A DNA stretch of 64,000 bases from Blastocladiella emersonii ATCC 22665 (Eukaryota; Fungi; Blastocladiomycota), in assembly GCA_025594325.1 (NCBI GenBank), contig JANHCV010000011.1, forward strand, positions 868,001 to 932,000. Reading direction: 5' to 3'. Below are positions 1 to 12,532 of the stretch, one piece after another. A program made the position numbers and the translations under genes. The notes under the pieces were generated by a model, which saw nothing but the letters and a program-made list of their open reading frames with translations, was not told where the DNA came from and searched no databases. Position 1 is the stretch's first letter. Every line of letters starts with the position of its first letter.

Positions 1-1973
1 GCTCACGCGATTTCGCGACGCGTCTCCTCGACGTCTCCACCCTTCGTGACTCCCGCGGTCGAGCCCGAACGCGCGCGCAGTCAAGAACGTCTGTCGAAAG
101 GAGGAAAAATGTCACCAAAATGCCGGCGAAAATAGCAAAAGGTCAGCAGGCGTTTGCATCTCTGCGGGCAGGTGGGCTTTCCCACGAGATACACGGGTCG
201 GTCACAGGGGCACGCTGCCAAATGATAGATTCTCCTCGTTCGACCGAAGTCGACCTGGCCCGAACAACTCCGTGCACGTATCGTAGTACTAACCCCTCCC
301 GCCGGCTCCGCTCACACCTCGCCGAATGTGGGTGCAAGACTCGCACAAAGTCGACCAGATCTCAACCGCTTTCAGGTTCAGTACTCCCGCTTCGCGCATG
401 AATAACTACCGAAAAGGCTTAAATGGGCTTTGTGCACAATCATCCCGGCCAGCTTCCTCACAAGGAGGCATAGTTGCACGGCAATCAGGTACGACTGCCG
501 CGATCGCTCTTGGCCAAACGGGCTGGTACCGCGGTGACGGGCGCCTTGAGCGTTGGGGATCCGAGATCCCCGAGAGCTCGAGGTTGGTCGCGTACGCCAG
601 GTGCTCAAAGCGTTACACGAGGCGCGTGTGGGTCGCAGCCACGAACGCGACGAACCAGCAAGTTGTGGCACAACGCGCAGATCTCGAGTTACACGACGGC
701 GAGCCACAGTCGCGCGTTGCCGAGCTGCACGCCGCGCGTCGCGAGCTGAAACACAGCCCACGTCTCGAGCTTGACGTGCGAGGCGACCGTGCCGAGCGGA
801 ATGTAAATACTCGATCGGCGGACGCCGCGAGTGCCGCGACAGCGCGACTGATCCCCTGCACACGATGCTTGCCGTTGCCTTGGGTTAAATGCCTGTCAAT
901 ACCGCGGATGGCGCGGAGCATGATATGACACTCGAATCAGTGTGAATTTCCGGTGCTGGGCGCCGCCGCGACGTTGGAGTTTGGATCAACTTTCTTCGTC
1001 AGAAGCGTTTCCAGAGGTTGCGAGACGACACCTTCACCATCAACACCAAGGTGCAACGCGGACGCTTCGCAGACAATCTCGGAGCAAGACGGTACGGCCC
1101 TGCTTGATCGCGCGGAATCAGTGCCTAAGCTGCGCGACAACTTGGACGTTGACCTCATTGACTGCGCTCAGCACGGATCATTGACGCAGGACGCCATCCA
1201 CGCGCGTAACTTCGATTACATGCAAGTATGACTCCCAGAGACATGTTGTTGGGGAGTAGAGGCGCGTGAAAGGCGTCCGTGAGGCTGAGCGTAGGTCGCG
1301 GCTGGGTTGACTTCAGCGTCGCAGGACCGCAAGAATGCGCCCACGCGCCATTTAATCCCACGTGAAACCCGGCAGAGGGCAATTGTTCGCGTCCTGTGAC
1401 GCTGATCTCGCGCCTAGATTCGCGCTTGATGAAAGACTCGGCACGCGTCGCGTCGCGTCGCGCGTCGCGCCTTTGATGGGGGCGGTGATTTGGCCCACGT
1501 GCGGACAGCCAATGGGCGGCGCGCAGTTATGCCGGCAAGCCACAGCCACAGGCGGCCGGGTGGCGCAAGGCCCCAGGCGCCTGTGCGCCCGCTCGCCGTC
1601 GATGCGCATCTCAGCCTCGGCTTGGAGCACAGCGAGGAGCCCGCCTGACGCTCTCCTCCAACTCGAACGTTCCTCGAGCTGATATAGAGTCAGCGTCTCC
1701 GCATCCCCGCAGCAGCAGCACGCACAGCTACAGCGACCGCACCGAAGCGCCCATCAAGAACCCCGCACGGGCGACCCGAGGAGGCCCCGTTCCGTCCACC
1801 ACCCGCTTGCTCCGCCCGCTTGCTCCGCCGCCCCGAGTGCCCGCGTGGGCCCACAGTCTGGGTCCTGCCACTCGTTTGACCTCGTTCCTGGGTCCTTGGC
1901 CGTTGAAATCACGCAAGCGTGCATCCGCTTTCGCCACAGCCGCCGCCCCGCAACCCCCTCCCCCGTCCTCGCC

Positions 1974-4900
1974 ATGGATCGCCTCTCCTCTCCCCACCCG
2001 CACCAGCAACATCATCAACCCTCAGCGCCTGCGACGCACCTCAGCTACTCGCCGCAGCGGACCCCGTCGCCCGCCGCCTTCCTCGCCGAACCCGCCGCGC
2101 GCCCGCCCCGCCCGCCACGTACTGCTGGTGCCGCCTCCCCGCGCCCGCTGCACACGCCGTCGCCGGCTCCCTCTCCCTCGCCCTCCCCGGCCCCGTCGCG
2201 CTCGGCCTCGCCGTACCCGCGTGTCCTGCCCCGCGGATCGTCGCTCGCCCACCCGGCCGCCGGTGCTCCCGCCCCCGTCACCCCGTCGGCCTCGCCCGTC
2301 CCGAACCGCTCGCGCCGGTCCCCACCGCCGCCCGCCCTCAACCTACACTCCAAGATGCCGACCGTCGACACCTCGGCCGCGCGGCTCGACCAGCAGTTCG
2401 AGCTCATGATGCGCGAGCTCGCCATGGAGACGGAGCAGCTATCGCACGCCCCACCGAAGTCGCCCGGCCCGGGGCTCCCGGCGCCCGGCACCTTCGGCGT
2501 GCCGCGGCCCGACTCGGCCGTCCCGCTCTCGGCCACCAGCACCCGCCGCCCGAGCCTGCCGTCGTACCGCCCCGACGAGTTTGCCGACATGATGCGCCAG
2601 TCGCACCACTCGGACGACTCGGGCCGCGGATCCTTCACCCGGCTGTCTTCGGGCAGCGGCCTCGCCGGGCCCAGCAGTCATGGGACTTCGGTCATGACCC
2701 ACGGGTCGACCGGCAGCATGTCCATGGCGCTCACGCTCGAGGACCAGGGCGCCGCAGGTGCCGACTTCCTCGCCCAGATGCTCGGCGACCTGCACACGCT
2801 GTACGCCGACGACAGCGACGACGAGGCCAGCGCCGCGGCCCCGCAGCATCGGTTCAGCGACGGCAGCGCGCCCGCGTGCGACCCCGCCACGGTCCTCGGC
2901 GTCGACCCCAACTCGTTCCCGATCCCGGGCGCCGACCACGTCCCCGCCGCCGCCGAGCCACCATCGGGCCGCCGACCCAGCATCGGCGGGCCCGGCGGCG
3001 CCGCCAACTCGGCCGCGCGCAACCGGTCGCGAGCCGTCCACGAGCTCCTGTCGACCGAGCAGACGTACGTCGACATGCTCTCGGCGCTCGTCGACCTCGT
3101 CCTCAAGCCCCTGCGCGAGGCCCTCGCCGCGACCAACGGCGGCGGCACCATCGGCAAGCGCGGCAGCCTCGGGTACTCGGCCGACGACCTCAGCAAGATC
3201 TTTGGCAACGTCGAGGAGATCCTCGGCCTCCACGTCACGCTCCTCGCCGGTCTTCGCGAGCGGTACGCTTTACTTCTTCCTCCATATCCCTCCTCCTCCA
3301 CCGCGTGTTTGGGTTTGCCTTTGGGGGGCGCGCGCACCTCGTCGTCGTCGCGACTCCGGGTCTCGGATGCGTGTGCGCAGCCCCAACACGCCGGCTGCAT
3401 GCATTGCATCGCCTCGGCGCGCGCGCCGACCAATCGATCGCCCGCAGCGCCTGAGGCGGCGGTGGCGAACGGCCGGCCGGTTTCATCTGGTTTCGGACCG
3501 AGCGATGCAACTCGTTTCGATGTTCTCCCGTTCGCTCCGCCGTGCCTCGTCGAATTCGATCACGCTCGCCATCATCACGAGATTCTAACCATCAAGTCGC
3601 GCGCGCATGCTAGGTACTCGCTGTGGACGAGCGACAGCAAGATCTCGGACATCTTCCTGACGATCGTGCCCTTCTTCCGCATGTACCAGCTGTACATGTC
3701 GCGGTACGCGACGGCCATGGCGACGCTGGCGCGGTGCCGCAAGGTGTCGAGCGACCTGGCCAAGGTGATCGCGCACGCCGAGTCGCACGCGCGGTTCAAG
3801 GGCCTCACGGTGCTCTCGTTCCTGATCCTGCCGATCCAGCGCATCCCGCGGTACATCCTGCTGCTCGACAACCTCGCAAAGTACACGGACGAGTCGCACC
3901 CGGACTCGGCCGACCTCAAGCGGTGCGTCGCCGAGGTCAAGAAGATCGCCGACCAGATCAACGAGGCGATCCGCGGGTTCGAGTCGCAGAAGCGCGCCAT
4001 CGCCGTCCAGGCGTGCGTCGTCGGGCGTCCGGGACACTACCCGGCGCTCGTCGCCCCCGCACGCAAGTTCCTCGGCGAGGCCGAGTTCACGATGCGCGCC
4101 AAGAACACGCTCGCCAACGCCGGCCTCGGCCTCGTCCGCGACGACCGCCGGCACGTCCACGTGTTCCTGTTCTCGGACCTCCTCGTCATCGCCAAGCGCG
4201 TCACGGCCGTCCGCGGCAGCGACGAGGAGCGGTACGACTTCAAGGACGAGATGATCCTCGCCCGCACCTGGGTCGCCGGTGAGGACGTGCCCACCACGCC
4301 GTCGTCGCCCCGCGCACCGCCCACCCCGACCTCGAGCTCGTTCGGGTCCTCGTCCGCAGCGTCCGAAGCGTACCCGCTCCGCCTCATGGGCCACGACCGT
4401 CTCGTCACCCTGTTCGCGCCGACGCGCGAGCAGCGCGACGAGTGGGCGGGTAAGATCTCGGCCGCCATCGACGACCTGCGCGACGCCGGCCTGACGCGCG
4501 GACGCACCCTCGGCCGCCCGGTCCCCGCGCTCGACGACCTCAGCAGCGGCGCCGCCCATGGGTTCCCGCCCGTCCCGCCCGTCCCCGCGAGCCCGACCGG
4601 GTCGACGTGGAGCGGCCGGTCGTCGTCGGGGTTCCCCACCATGAACGACAACCGGTCGTCGCGCTCGTCCTCGTCGACGGGCGGCGGCGTCGGCGGCACC
4701 TCGTCGTGGTTCTGGGCCCCCGGATCCGCCGGCGGCGCGATCCCGGGCTCGCCAACATCGCACGCGCGCCGGCCCTCGGTCACGTCCGCGTACTCGGCGG
4801 GCGGCGCCAGCGCCGGTGGAATGCCGCCATCACCCGCGTCGGCCTACTTCTCGGACGCGCCCAACCCCAGCGCCGCCGCCTACCCGCGGTCCCGGTCGAC

Positions 4901-5066
4901 CGACGCCATGCACCGCATGCGCCGGCCGTCGCTCGGCCCGCCCCCGGTCCCGCAGGTGCCCGCGCACTACGACACGGTGCGGAGTTCCGGTAGCAGTGGG
5001 CACAAGCAGCGCGAGCGGAAAAAGTCAGGCCAGACGAAGAATGTGCTCAAGTCGCATGGGTTCTAA
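1974..5066 (+). CDS. Rho guanine-nucleotide exchange factor (DH-PH); exons 1974-3262 and 3614-5066
   Basis: DH motifs NRSRAVHELLSTEQTYVDML, IFGNVEEILGLH, LILPIQRIPRYILLLDNLAKYT..HPD; PH-like region HVFLFSDLLVIAKR...TREQRDEWAGKI. Intron GTACGC(3263)..GCTAG(3613) restores a contiguous DH domain. ATG 1974 chosen by codon-bias onset. Confidence 0.9.
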   Translation: MDRLSSPHPHQQHHQPSAPATHLSYSPQRTPSPAAFLAEPAARPPRPPRTAGAASPRPLHTPSPAPSPSPSPAPSRSASPYPRVLPRGSSLAHPAAGAPAPVTPSASPVPNRSRRSPPPPALNLHSKMPTVDTSAARLDQQFELMMRELAMETEQLSHAPPKSPGPGLPAPGTFGVPRPDSAVPLSATSTRRPSLPSYRPDEFADMMRQSHHSDDSGRGSFTRLSSGSGLAGPSSHGTSVMTHGSTGSMSMALTLEDQGAAGADFLAQMLGDLHTLYADDSDDEASAAAPQHRFSDGSAPACDPATVLGVDPNSFPIPGADHVPAAAEPPSGRRPSIGGPGGAANSAARNRSRAVHELLSTEQTYVDMLSALVDLVLKPLREALAATNGGGTIGKRGSLGYSADDLSKIFGNVEEILGLHVTLLAGLRERYALLLPPYPSSSTACLGLPLGGARTSSSSRLRVSDACAQPQHAGCMHCIASARAPTNRSPAAPEAAVANGRPVSSGFGPSDATRFDVLPFAPPCLVEFDHARHHHEILTIKSRAHARYSLWTSDSKISDIFLTIVPFFRMYQLYMSRYATAMATLARCRKVSSDLAKVIAHAESHARFKGLTVLSFLILPIQRIPRYILLLDNLAKYTDESHPDSADLKRCVAEVKKIADQINEAIRGFESQKRAIAVQACVVGRPGHYPALVAPARKFLGEAEFTMRAKNTLANAGLGLVRDDRRHVHVFLFSDLLVIAKRVTAVRGSDEERYDFKDEMILARTWVAGEDVPTTPSSPRAPPTPTSSSFGSSSAASEAYPLRLMGHDRLVTLFAPTREQRDEWAGKISAAIDDLRDAGLTRGRTLGRPVPALDDLSSGAAHGFPPVPPVPASPTGSTWSGRSSSGFPTMNDNRSSRSSSSTGGGVGGTSSWFWAPGSAGGAIPGSPTSHARRPSVTSAYSAGGASAGGMPPSPASAYFSDAPNPSAAAYPRSRSTDAMHRMRRPSLGPPPVPQVPAHYDTVRSSGSSGHKQRERKKSGQTKNVLKSHGF

Positions 5067-5453
5067 GGGTGCGCGGCGTCGCAATGGCGTGCCTAGGGAG
5101 TGTTGTATCTGCCTCTGTCTCTTCTTTCGTCGTAATCGCCTTGTACTCTACCAACCCCCCGCTCGCTTGCCTGCTCTCCCGAGGCGGTTGATGATCGTCG
5201 CCGCCGTGTGTGAAATGGGAAACATCATACATTTGTACATTTTGCTCAATCGCACTGTCCTTTGACGTTCCTCGGTAAGGGCATGGCCGGAGACGTGCAC
5301 CTTCGAGCGCGGGCGGGAGGAAGTCGACGCGTTTCAATAACATGTGACGCGAGACACGTCGCATCGAGTGACTCCCGCCCGCGCAGTGCGCCTGAGCGCG
5401 TCAGCTCGCCCGCCGCCGTTGCTCCCCATGTCTTCGAGATCCCCGCGCTTGTC

Positions 5454-5484
5454 CATGTATCCAATGAAGTAAATACTTGCTGCA
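5454..5484 (+). promoter_or_regulatory. Conserved upstream block CATGTATCNNATGAAGTAAA(YA)CTTGCTGCA (also 9133-9163 and 12753-12782)
   Basis: Near-identical ~30-nt non-coding block 11-21 nt before the ATG of all three tandem copies while surrounding spacer DNA has diverged. Confidence 0.55.
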
Positions 5485-5504
5485 TTGACCCTGAAATCAC
5501 GACC

Positions 5505-8500
5505 ATGACTGCTTCGTCCGCGCCGCCGCGCCCGAGCTCGACTCGCGAGCCCAGCGTTGACGCGACCGCCGAGCACGAGCATGCCTCGACTGGTTCTTCT
5601 GCTCTCAATCCAGCTGCCGAACTTGCGCCTTCGCGGAAGCGTCCCCGTGCGGCGCATCGCAAGGCCGCCGCCGACTCGGACGGCGAGAACGATGACTTTG
5701 CGCCCGTGAGCGAGGACGACGACGATTTCCACGTCGAGTCGACTCCTGCTCCCCGTGCCGCGAAGCGCAGTCGTGCTGCACCGAAGCGAGCGTTCGCGAC
5801 TATGGCTCCTTCTGGCGAGCCCACCGTCTTGGGACCAATCGACGCTCCCGCTGCCGCCGCCTTCACTACCTCGCAGTCGCCTGAGTACCGCGCGGCTCGC
5901 TTGCATGCCGAACGCGCCGCCTGCGGCTGGTGGGTCCCGCTCGACGCCGCGCAGTGCCTCGATTCGCGCGACCAGGCGCTCGTGGCTACGCCGGACCGCC
6001 TTGCGTCTGAGGCCGACGTTGCTGCCTGGATTGACGCCTTAGACACGCAGTTTGATCAGCCTGGTACGATTCATGATTCGGACGTGGATTTTGGCGAGTG
6101 CTGACGGAAGAACGCGCGCTAGATCTCCTTCTCGGTGTGGACACGGTTGTGCTCGCTCACCGCCTCCCAATGCCCGAGGACTACCTCGACGACCACCACG
6201 CGTGGCTCGACACCGCCTGTCCCGTCCTCGCCGAGCTCGGCTTCGAACGCGAGGCCATCTTCCGCCTTGAGCGCGTGCACCATGACGGGGCCGGTGCCGA
6301 CCACACCGTGGACCGCCGGGCGGTTGAGTGCGTCAGCTACCGCACCGTGGTCGCTGGCCAGTACGACCCGTCGCGCAAGTACTCGCTCGACGACTTCATG
6401 GCTAGGATCGAGGAGGACCCGTACTTTACTCGCCGCCACCGCAAGGTGTGGGGGATCTTGAAAAAGTCGGGCCGGGTTGTGCCCATGAACGTCTTCTCGC
6501 TCGCCAGCGATCCCGCTTTCACGGCACCGGACCACGGGCCGACCGACGAGCCTGCTCACGTACCGCCGGGCTCGTTCAGCTACGCTGCTCCTTGGGCTCG
6601 TGCCGAAGGCGACCTGCTCATGCCTGCCGGCCGCGAGCTTCCCTCGCGCCCTTTTGTCGACCTCGACCCGACCATGCAGCCGTACCTCCGCCTCGTCCTC
6701 CGCCCTGTTCGCGGCGCAAGGTACCCCGACTCGGGCCCGCGCTTCACGTACCACCTCGGCGTGTACCTGCACGCCGACAAGGCGAACCGCGACCTGTGCG
6801 ATCCCGCTCGGCGCTCGGCGACGCGCGGGATTCTGCGCAAGCTGTTCCGCTTGTATCACCCAGCCATGACCAAGGACTCGAACGCCGACCCGCTTACGCT
6901 TCCAGCCGTTGGGAATGGATGCGCGAACTTCTCGGACTGGCTCGCCGAGCTCGAGATGAGCAGGGCGGCTCGCACGCTTTCCTTCGCAGCGTCCCGCGCT
7001 CGCAGCGAGCCGTACTTCCGTCTTGGTCCCGGTGGCATGGTCTTCAACTACTTGACTGGCGAGTTCGCATCGACGTGCCCGCCGTCGTGGCTGCTTCCGC
7101 TTCCCAAGGCGGAGCGCCACGAGGTCCGCGCGGCTCTCGTCCATGCCCCGAGCGAGCCACGCAATCTGTGCGCCGGCCTTCTCGTCCCTGCGGCGCAAGA
7201 CGTGTCGGTCGTGCAGGCCGAGCTCGGCGAAGATGCGGCTGCGCTCATCCCGTCGCGCGCGACGCTTGTCATTCTGCCGACGTCCAACGCTGTCGACGAG
7301 TGGCTCGCGGAGGCGCAGCGCGAGCTCGGTCCATCAACGCGCTTCGTGTGCCTCGTCAACTCGGACGACCATGGCGCGACCTCGTGGCACGACATCGCGA
7401 ATGCCGACGTTATCTTCGTCAGCACTGGCTTTCTGACTGGCAGCTACCGCAGTTCGGTCGCGAACGAGCTCGGTCCACCGTGGACCTACTCGTCGCTCCC
7501 GCCGCGCGTCCGCCCCACGCTTACCGCCGGGCGCGATGCGCCATGGAACCTCGCGCGCGAGTTCGAGTCGACGCTCAACAGCCGGACACGCGGACTTGTC
7601 GATGACGGGCTCCTTGCTGGCGCCAAGCTCGAGGACGCGAACGGCGAGGGTGTGGGTCGGCCGATTCTCGAGGGCTTCTTCTACCGCCGCATCGTGCTTG
7701 TCACGCCATCGAACGGCTACAACTTCAACTACGGATTACTCACCAGCTACTTCGAGGGGCTTCGCGCTGGCCTCACGATCACCCTGCACGAGGACAACGA
7801 CAGCAGCTCGATCTCGCTGGACACCCTGCAACATCGGCTTCGCCCGGTCATCAACTGCAGCTTGCCGCGCGACATCCACGTCGGCAAGGCTTTTGTGAGC
7901 CGGTTCGCGCGCCAGATTACCGCGGCGAACGCCGAGCACAGTATCCAGCTCACGCATGGTCTTCCAGCACTTACCGAAGCTTCCGCCGACGTTTCTGGTC
8001 CCGATCTCGCTTTGCTCCAGTCCCCGCTGCTCTCGCCCGACGTATCGCGGCTCGGCGCCATGCTGTGCGGTCACTTGGACCCGGGCGAGTACGCCGTGGC
8101 CGATGTCGTGGACTACGCGCTCGATCTGCTGCGCGAGCTCGAGTCGCCGCCGGCCGAGAAGGAGTGGGCGCTTTCGCTTGACCTGACCCGGGCGGAGCTC
8201 CCCGGTCCTCCTCCCGCTGCGCCGCCGCCAGCCGAGCCACCCGGCTTCCGGGCATGGACGAAGAAACAGCGGGTTCGCTGGTACCGCCACAACTACGTGC
8301 CCGCGGCTCCAGCGCCGGCGCCGGGGCCGAGCGTGCCCTTCTTCGCGCTCGTCCAGCTGGTGGTCGAGGCGCGCGAAGCGCTCGATACTGGCGTGGACAT
8401 GGTCGAGGTCCCCGCCGCTCCTTCTTCGCCGGATTCCGAGCTCGGCGCCAAGGTGCAGGCCGTCCTCGATACTTGGCCGCACACTCACAGCAGCAAGCGG

Positions 8501-8923
8501 CTCGTGATCTGGTGCCAGTCGCCCGTCCTCGCCGCGCTGGTCGCGCGCGCCATCGCCACGACGACGAGCGCAACGGTCCTCGACGCGGCCTCGCCCAACC
8601 TCGCGCTCGCGAACCGCGCCATCTCCGAGTTCCACCACGGATCGCCCCGCCCGCGCGCTCTCGTCCTGTCGCTCAACGCCGAGGACGGGTCCGCGCTCAC
8701 GGCACCCATTTTCCCGGCGCGCGTCAACCACGTTGACCAGGTGCTCTTCGTGCACCCGGTCGTCGGCGGGGACGAGGCAGAGACGCTCAAGATCGTCGAC
8801 CGCGCGATCCGGTTCGCGGAGGAGTCGGACGTGTCCGTCAAGTGGCTCGTCGCCAAGGACACGGTCGAGGCGCAGCTCATGCAGCCCGTCATGGCCAAGT
8901 ACGGGTTCGCGCAGAACGAGTAG
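5505..8923 (+). CDS. SNF2/RAD5-like fold protein with degenerate ATPase motifs, tandem copy 1 (intact, about 1119 aa); exons 5505-6063 and 6123-8923
   Basis: Intron GTACGA..GCTGAC..CTAG (6064-6122) joins the two ORFs in frame and sits at the same position in all three paralogs. SNF2-like segments: FNYLTGEF, ATLVILP..VDEW, ADVIFVS, LVIWCQ..LDA..EF..ALVLSL, DRAIR..VKWLVAKDTVE. Confidence 0.8.
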
Positions 8924-9174
8924 CGCAGAGTATTGATTTGTTGATGTATCAGTTATTCGTGGGTCGTGTTCATGTATCGACGTTTTCAGGATATTCGCGG
9001 AAACGGCAACCCACCGAGGAGACGCGTCGGGTCAACAGGTGACCGGCGCGAGACATGGCTTGAGACGGCAATATCCAAGCGGCACCTCGGACGTGACGAA
9101 GTCTCCTTTCACCCTACGCTTGCACACTCGCTCATGTATCGAATGAAGTAAACACTTGCTGCAACTGATTCAAC

Positions 9175-12100
9175 ATGACCGGAAACCACGACCCCGAAGT
9201 CCCCAGCGACGTCAAGCCCGAGCCTTCTTCCTCGGACGTTTCTCCTCGCAGCGAACTTGCCCCGCCTCGTAAGCGTACTCGTGCCTCGCGCCGTAGCGCC
9301 GAAGACCACGATGACGACGACGACGGTGGCGACTTTGTGCCCGCGAGTGAGGACGACGAGCCCGTTGCCGACGCACCGCCGGCTCCTCGTCCTGCGAAGC
9401 GCGGCCGCCCGTCGAAAAAGTCAACTGGCACGGTTTCGGCTACACCCCCTGCAGCACCTTTTGCTGAGGGCCCAATCGATGCTCCCGTCCCCGCCATGTT
9501 CACCACCGCGCAGTCGCCCGAATACCTTGCGGCTCGCCTTCGCGCCGAACGCGCTGCTAGCGGGTGGTGGGTCCCCTTTGACGCCGACCAGTGCCTCGAC
9601 TCGCACGGCGAGGATCTCACGGAGACGCCCGACGTTCCCGCTTCCGAAGCCGATGTTGCCGCGTGGATCGACGACCCGAACACTAAGTTTGGCCAGCCCG
9701 GTGCGTTTTCTTCCTGATTTGGAGCTAAATATTGAACATACTGACCGTTGACGTGCGCTAGACCTTTTCCTCGGCTCGGACACGGTCACGTTTGCGCACC
9801 GTGTGCCGATGCCCGAGGACTGCCTTGACGAGTCCCACGTGTGGCTGGATCCCAACTGCCCGGTGCTTGCCGAGCTCAGCTTCCACCAGGAGCCCGTCTT
9901 TCGTCTTGAGCGCGTGCATTTCGAGGGAGCCAACCCGAACCTCCTCGTTGACCACGACGCTGTCGAGTACATCCACTACCGTCTGGCGAACCGCGACCGC
10001 TCGCAGAAGTTGTCGCATGTCAACTTCATGGGTGCCATTGATTCGGATCCTTGGTTCACTCGCCGTCATCGGAAGGCATGGGGTATCCTGAAAAAGTCGG
10101 GCCGCGTGCTTGAAATGAACCTGTTTTCGATCGCCGGCGCTCCTGCTTTCGCGGTTCCCGACCGTGGCCCGACCGACGACGAGCAGACTTTTTTTATTCC
10201 GGCGGGCTCGTTCAACTACTTAGCTCCGTGGGCTCGCACCGATGGTGTGCTGCTCATGCCCGCTGGCCGCGCGCTTCCCTCGCGTCTCTTCATCGACCTC
10301 GACCCGAACATGATGCCGTACGTCCGGCTTGTGCTTCGCCCCGTTTATCGCGAGCGGTACACGAACGCGGGCAACCACTTCACTTACCAGCTCGGATTGT
10401 ACCTTCGCACGGACAAGGCCAATCGTGACCTGTGCGATCCCGCTCGGCGTTCCGCGACGCGTGGTATTCTGCGCAAGCTTTTCCGCTTGTATCATCCGGC
10501 TATGACCAAGGAGTCCAAGGCCGAGTCGCTTCGCTTGCCACCTATCACGGCCACGTCGTCGCCGAGCCTTTCCGAGTGGCTCGCCGAGCTCGAGACGAGC
10601 AAGGCAGCTCGCACGCTTACTTTCATGCCGTCCCGCGCTCATACCGAGCCCTACTTCCGCCTCGGCCCTGGAGGCATGGTCTTCAACTATTTGACGGGCG
10701 AGTTTGCGCCGACGTGTCCGGCGTCGTGGCTGCTTCCTCTTCCGCAACCGCAGCACCTCGAGATTCGCGCCGCGATCGTTCATGGCTCGAGTGACGCGCC
10801 CGATTTGTGCTCGAGCCTGCTCGTCTCGTCGCTTGAGGACGTGCCGGCGGTCCAACGCGAGGTCGGCGAAGATGCGGCTGCCCTTGTTCCGTCTCGCGCG
10901 ACGCTCGTCATTGTTCCCTCGGATTCCGCCGTTGATCAATGGCACACGACGGTGCAGCGCGATCTTGACCCGTCGACACGAGTCGTTGTGCTTCGGAACT
11001 TGGGCGACTATTGCGCCATGACGTGGCAGGAGGTCGCTGACGCTGACGTGTTGCTGGTCAGCGCGCAGTTTCTAGTTGACTAGTACCGCGATGCTGTTGC
11101 GAGGAAGTTTGGTCGCACTTGCTACTACTCGTTACCGCCCCGCGTTGCTCCCCTGCTTGACTCTCAAGTTCAGCTCAGGACATCGAACTTGGTGCTTGAG
11201 TTCGAATCGATACTCAAGAGCTACGCGCGCGGCCGATTTGAGGACGGGCATCCTAATGGCGCAAAGGCGGGCAGAGATGCCTTCTGTCCAACGCTTGAGA
11301 CCTTTTTTTACCGCCGCATCGTGATATTGCCGGCAACCAGCGCCTCTTTCAACACCCTATTGGCTCCTTTCTACGAGAGTCTCCGCGGAGGTCTCATGAT
11401 CGGCTTACACGACGCGTACGATGCCCTTTCTCCCGACTCGCTTCACCAGCAGCTGCGCCCCATCATCAACTGTCGCCTGCCTCGGGACGTCCATGTCGCC
11501 AAAGCTTTTGTGCGTCAGTTTGCCCGTCAGCTCCCCTCGACGATCATTCCGCATAGCTACTGGCCGATTCGCAGACCTGCTGCTCTCATTGACGCTCCCG
11601 CGAGTGTCACTGGTCGCGGGCTGGCGCTGCGCCAGTCGCCGCTGCTCTCGCCCGACGTGTCGCGACTCGGCGCCATGTTCTGCGGCCGCGTCGAGCCTGG
11701 CGAGCACGCGGTGGCCGATCTCGTGGAGCACGCTGCAACCAAGTTGCGCCAGCTTGACTCGCTTCCGCACGAAATTTCGTGGGCCCTCGCGCTTGGTCTC
11801 AACCGCGCCGATCTCCACGAAAGTGCCGCGGATCCCGATGCGAACCGGCCGCCCGACATGCACTCGTGGACGACCGAGCAGCGGATGCGGTGGTGGAGGT
11901 GCAAGACTGATGTGCCCGCGGGCCCGCCGCCCGGTCCGAGCGTGCCTTTCTTCGAGCTTGTTCAGCTTCTCGTCGAAGCGTGCGCCGTCCTTTCCTCGGG
12001 CATAACTTCGGTCGTGGTTCCTGGTACCGTTTCGTTGCAGCTGTCCGACTTTGGCAGCAAGCTCGAAGCAATCCCTGGCTTGATCCACTCGGGCCTCGGC

Positions 12101-12532
12101 GCCCATCCAACGGTCATCTGGTGCCAGTCGCCCGTGCTCGCCGCGCTCGTCGCACGCGCCATAGCGACCACGACGGATTTCGTAGTCGTTGACGCGGCGT
12201 CGCCAAATCTTGAGCTTGCTTCGCGCGCCTTGATCGAGTTCAACGAGGGAACGCCGCGTACGGCTGCCATCGTTCTCTCGCTCAACGCCGAGGACGGGTC
12301 CGTTCTCAACGCGCCGATCTTCCCTGCGCGGGTCAGGGAGGTCGACCAGGTTATCTTCGTGCACCCGATCGTTGGCGACGACGCCGACGACGCGCTCAAG
12401 CTCGTCCGCCGCGCAATCCGCATCCTCCGGCTCCAGGACGCGGCCTACCGGTGGCTCGTCGCCAAGGACACGGTTGAGGAAAAGCTCATGCAGCCGATCA
12501 TGGCCAAGTATGGGTTCGGGAAGGACGAGTAG
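9175..12532 (+). pseudogene. Tandem copy 2 of the SNF2-like gene; exons 9175-9700 and 9762-12532; single in-frame TAG at 11081-11083
   Basis: ORFs 9803-11083 and 11189-12532 are in the same frame, and the codons between them translate to paralog-like sequence (*YRDAVARKFG..SLPPRVAP). Intron 9701-9761 is at the conserved site. Confidence 0.75.

Noticed and set aside
11081-11083. Alternative genetic code (TAG reassigned)
   Set aside because: TAG is the normal terminator of BRR2, UGP1, ILV1 and the tandem copies themselves, and no other gene has internal TAG.
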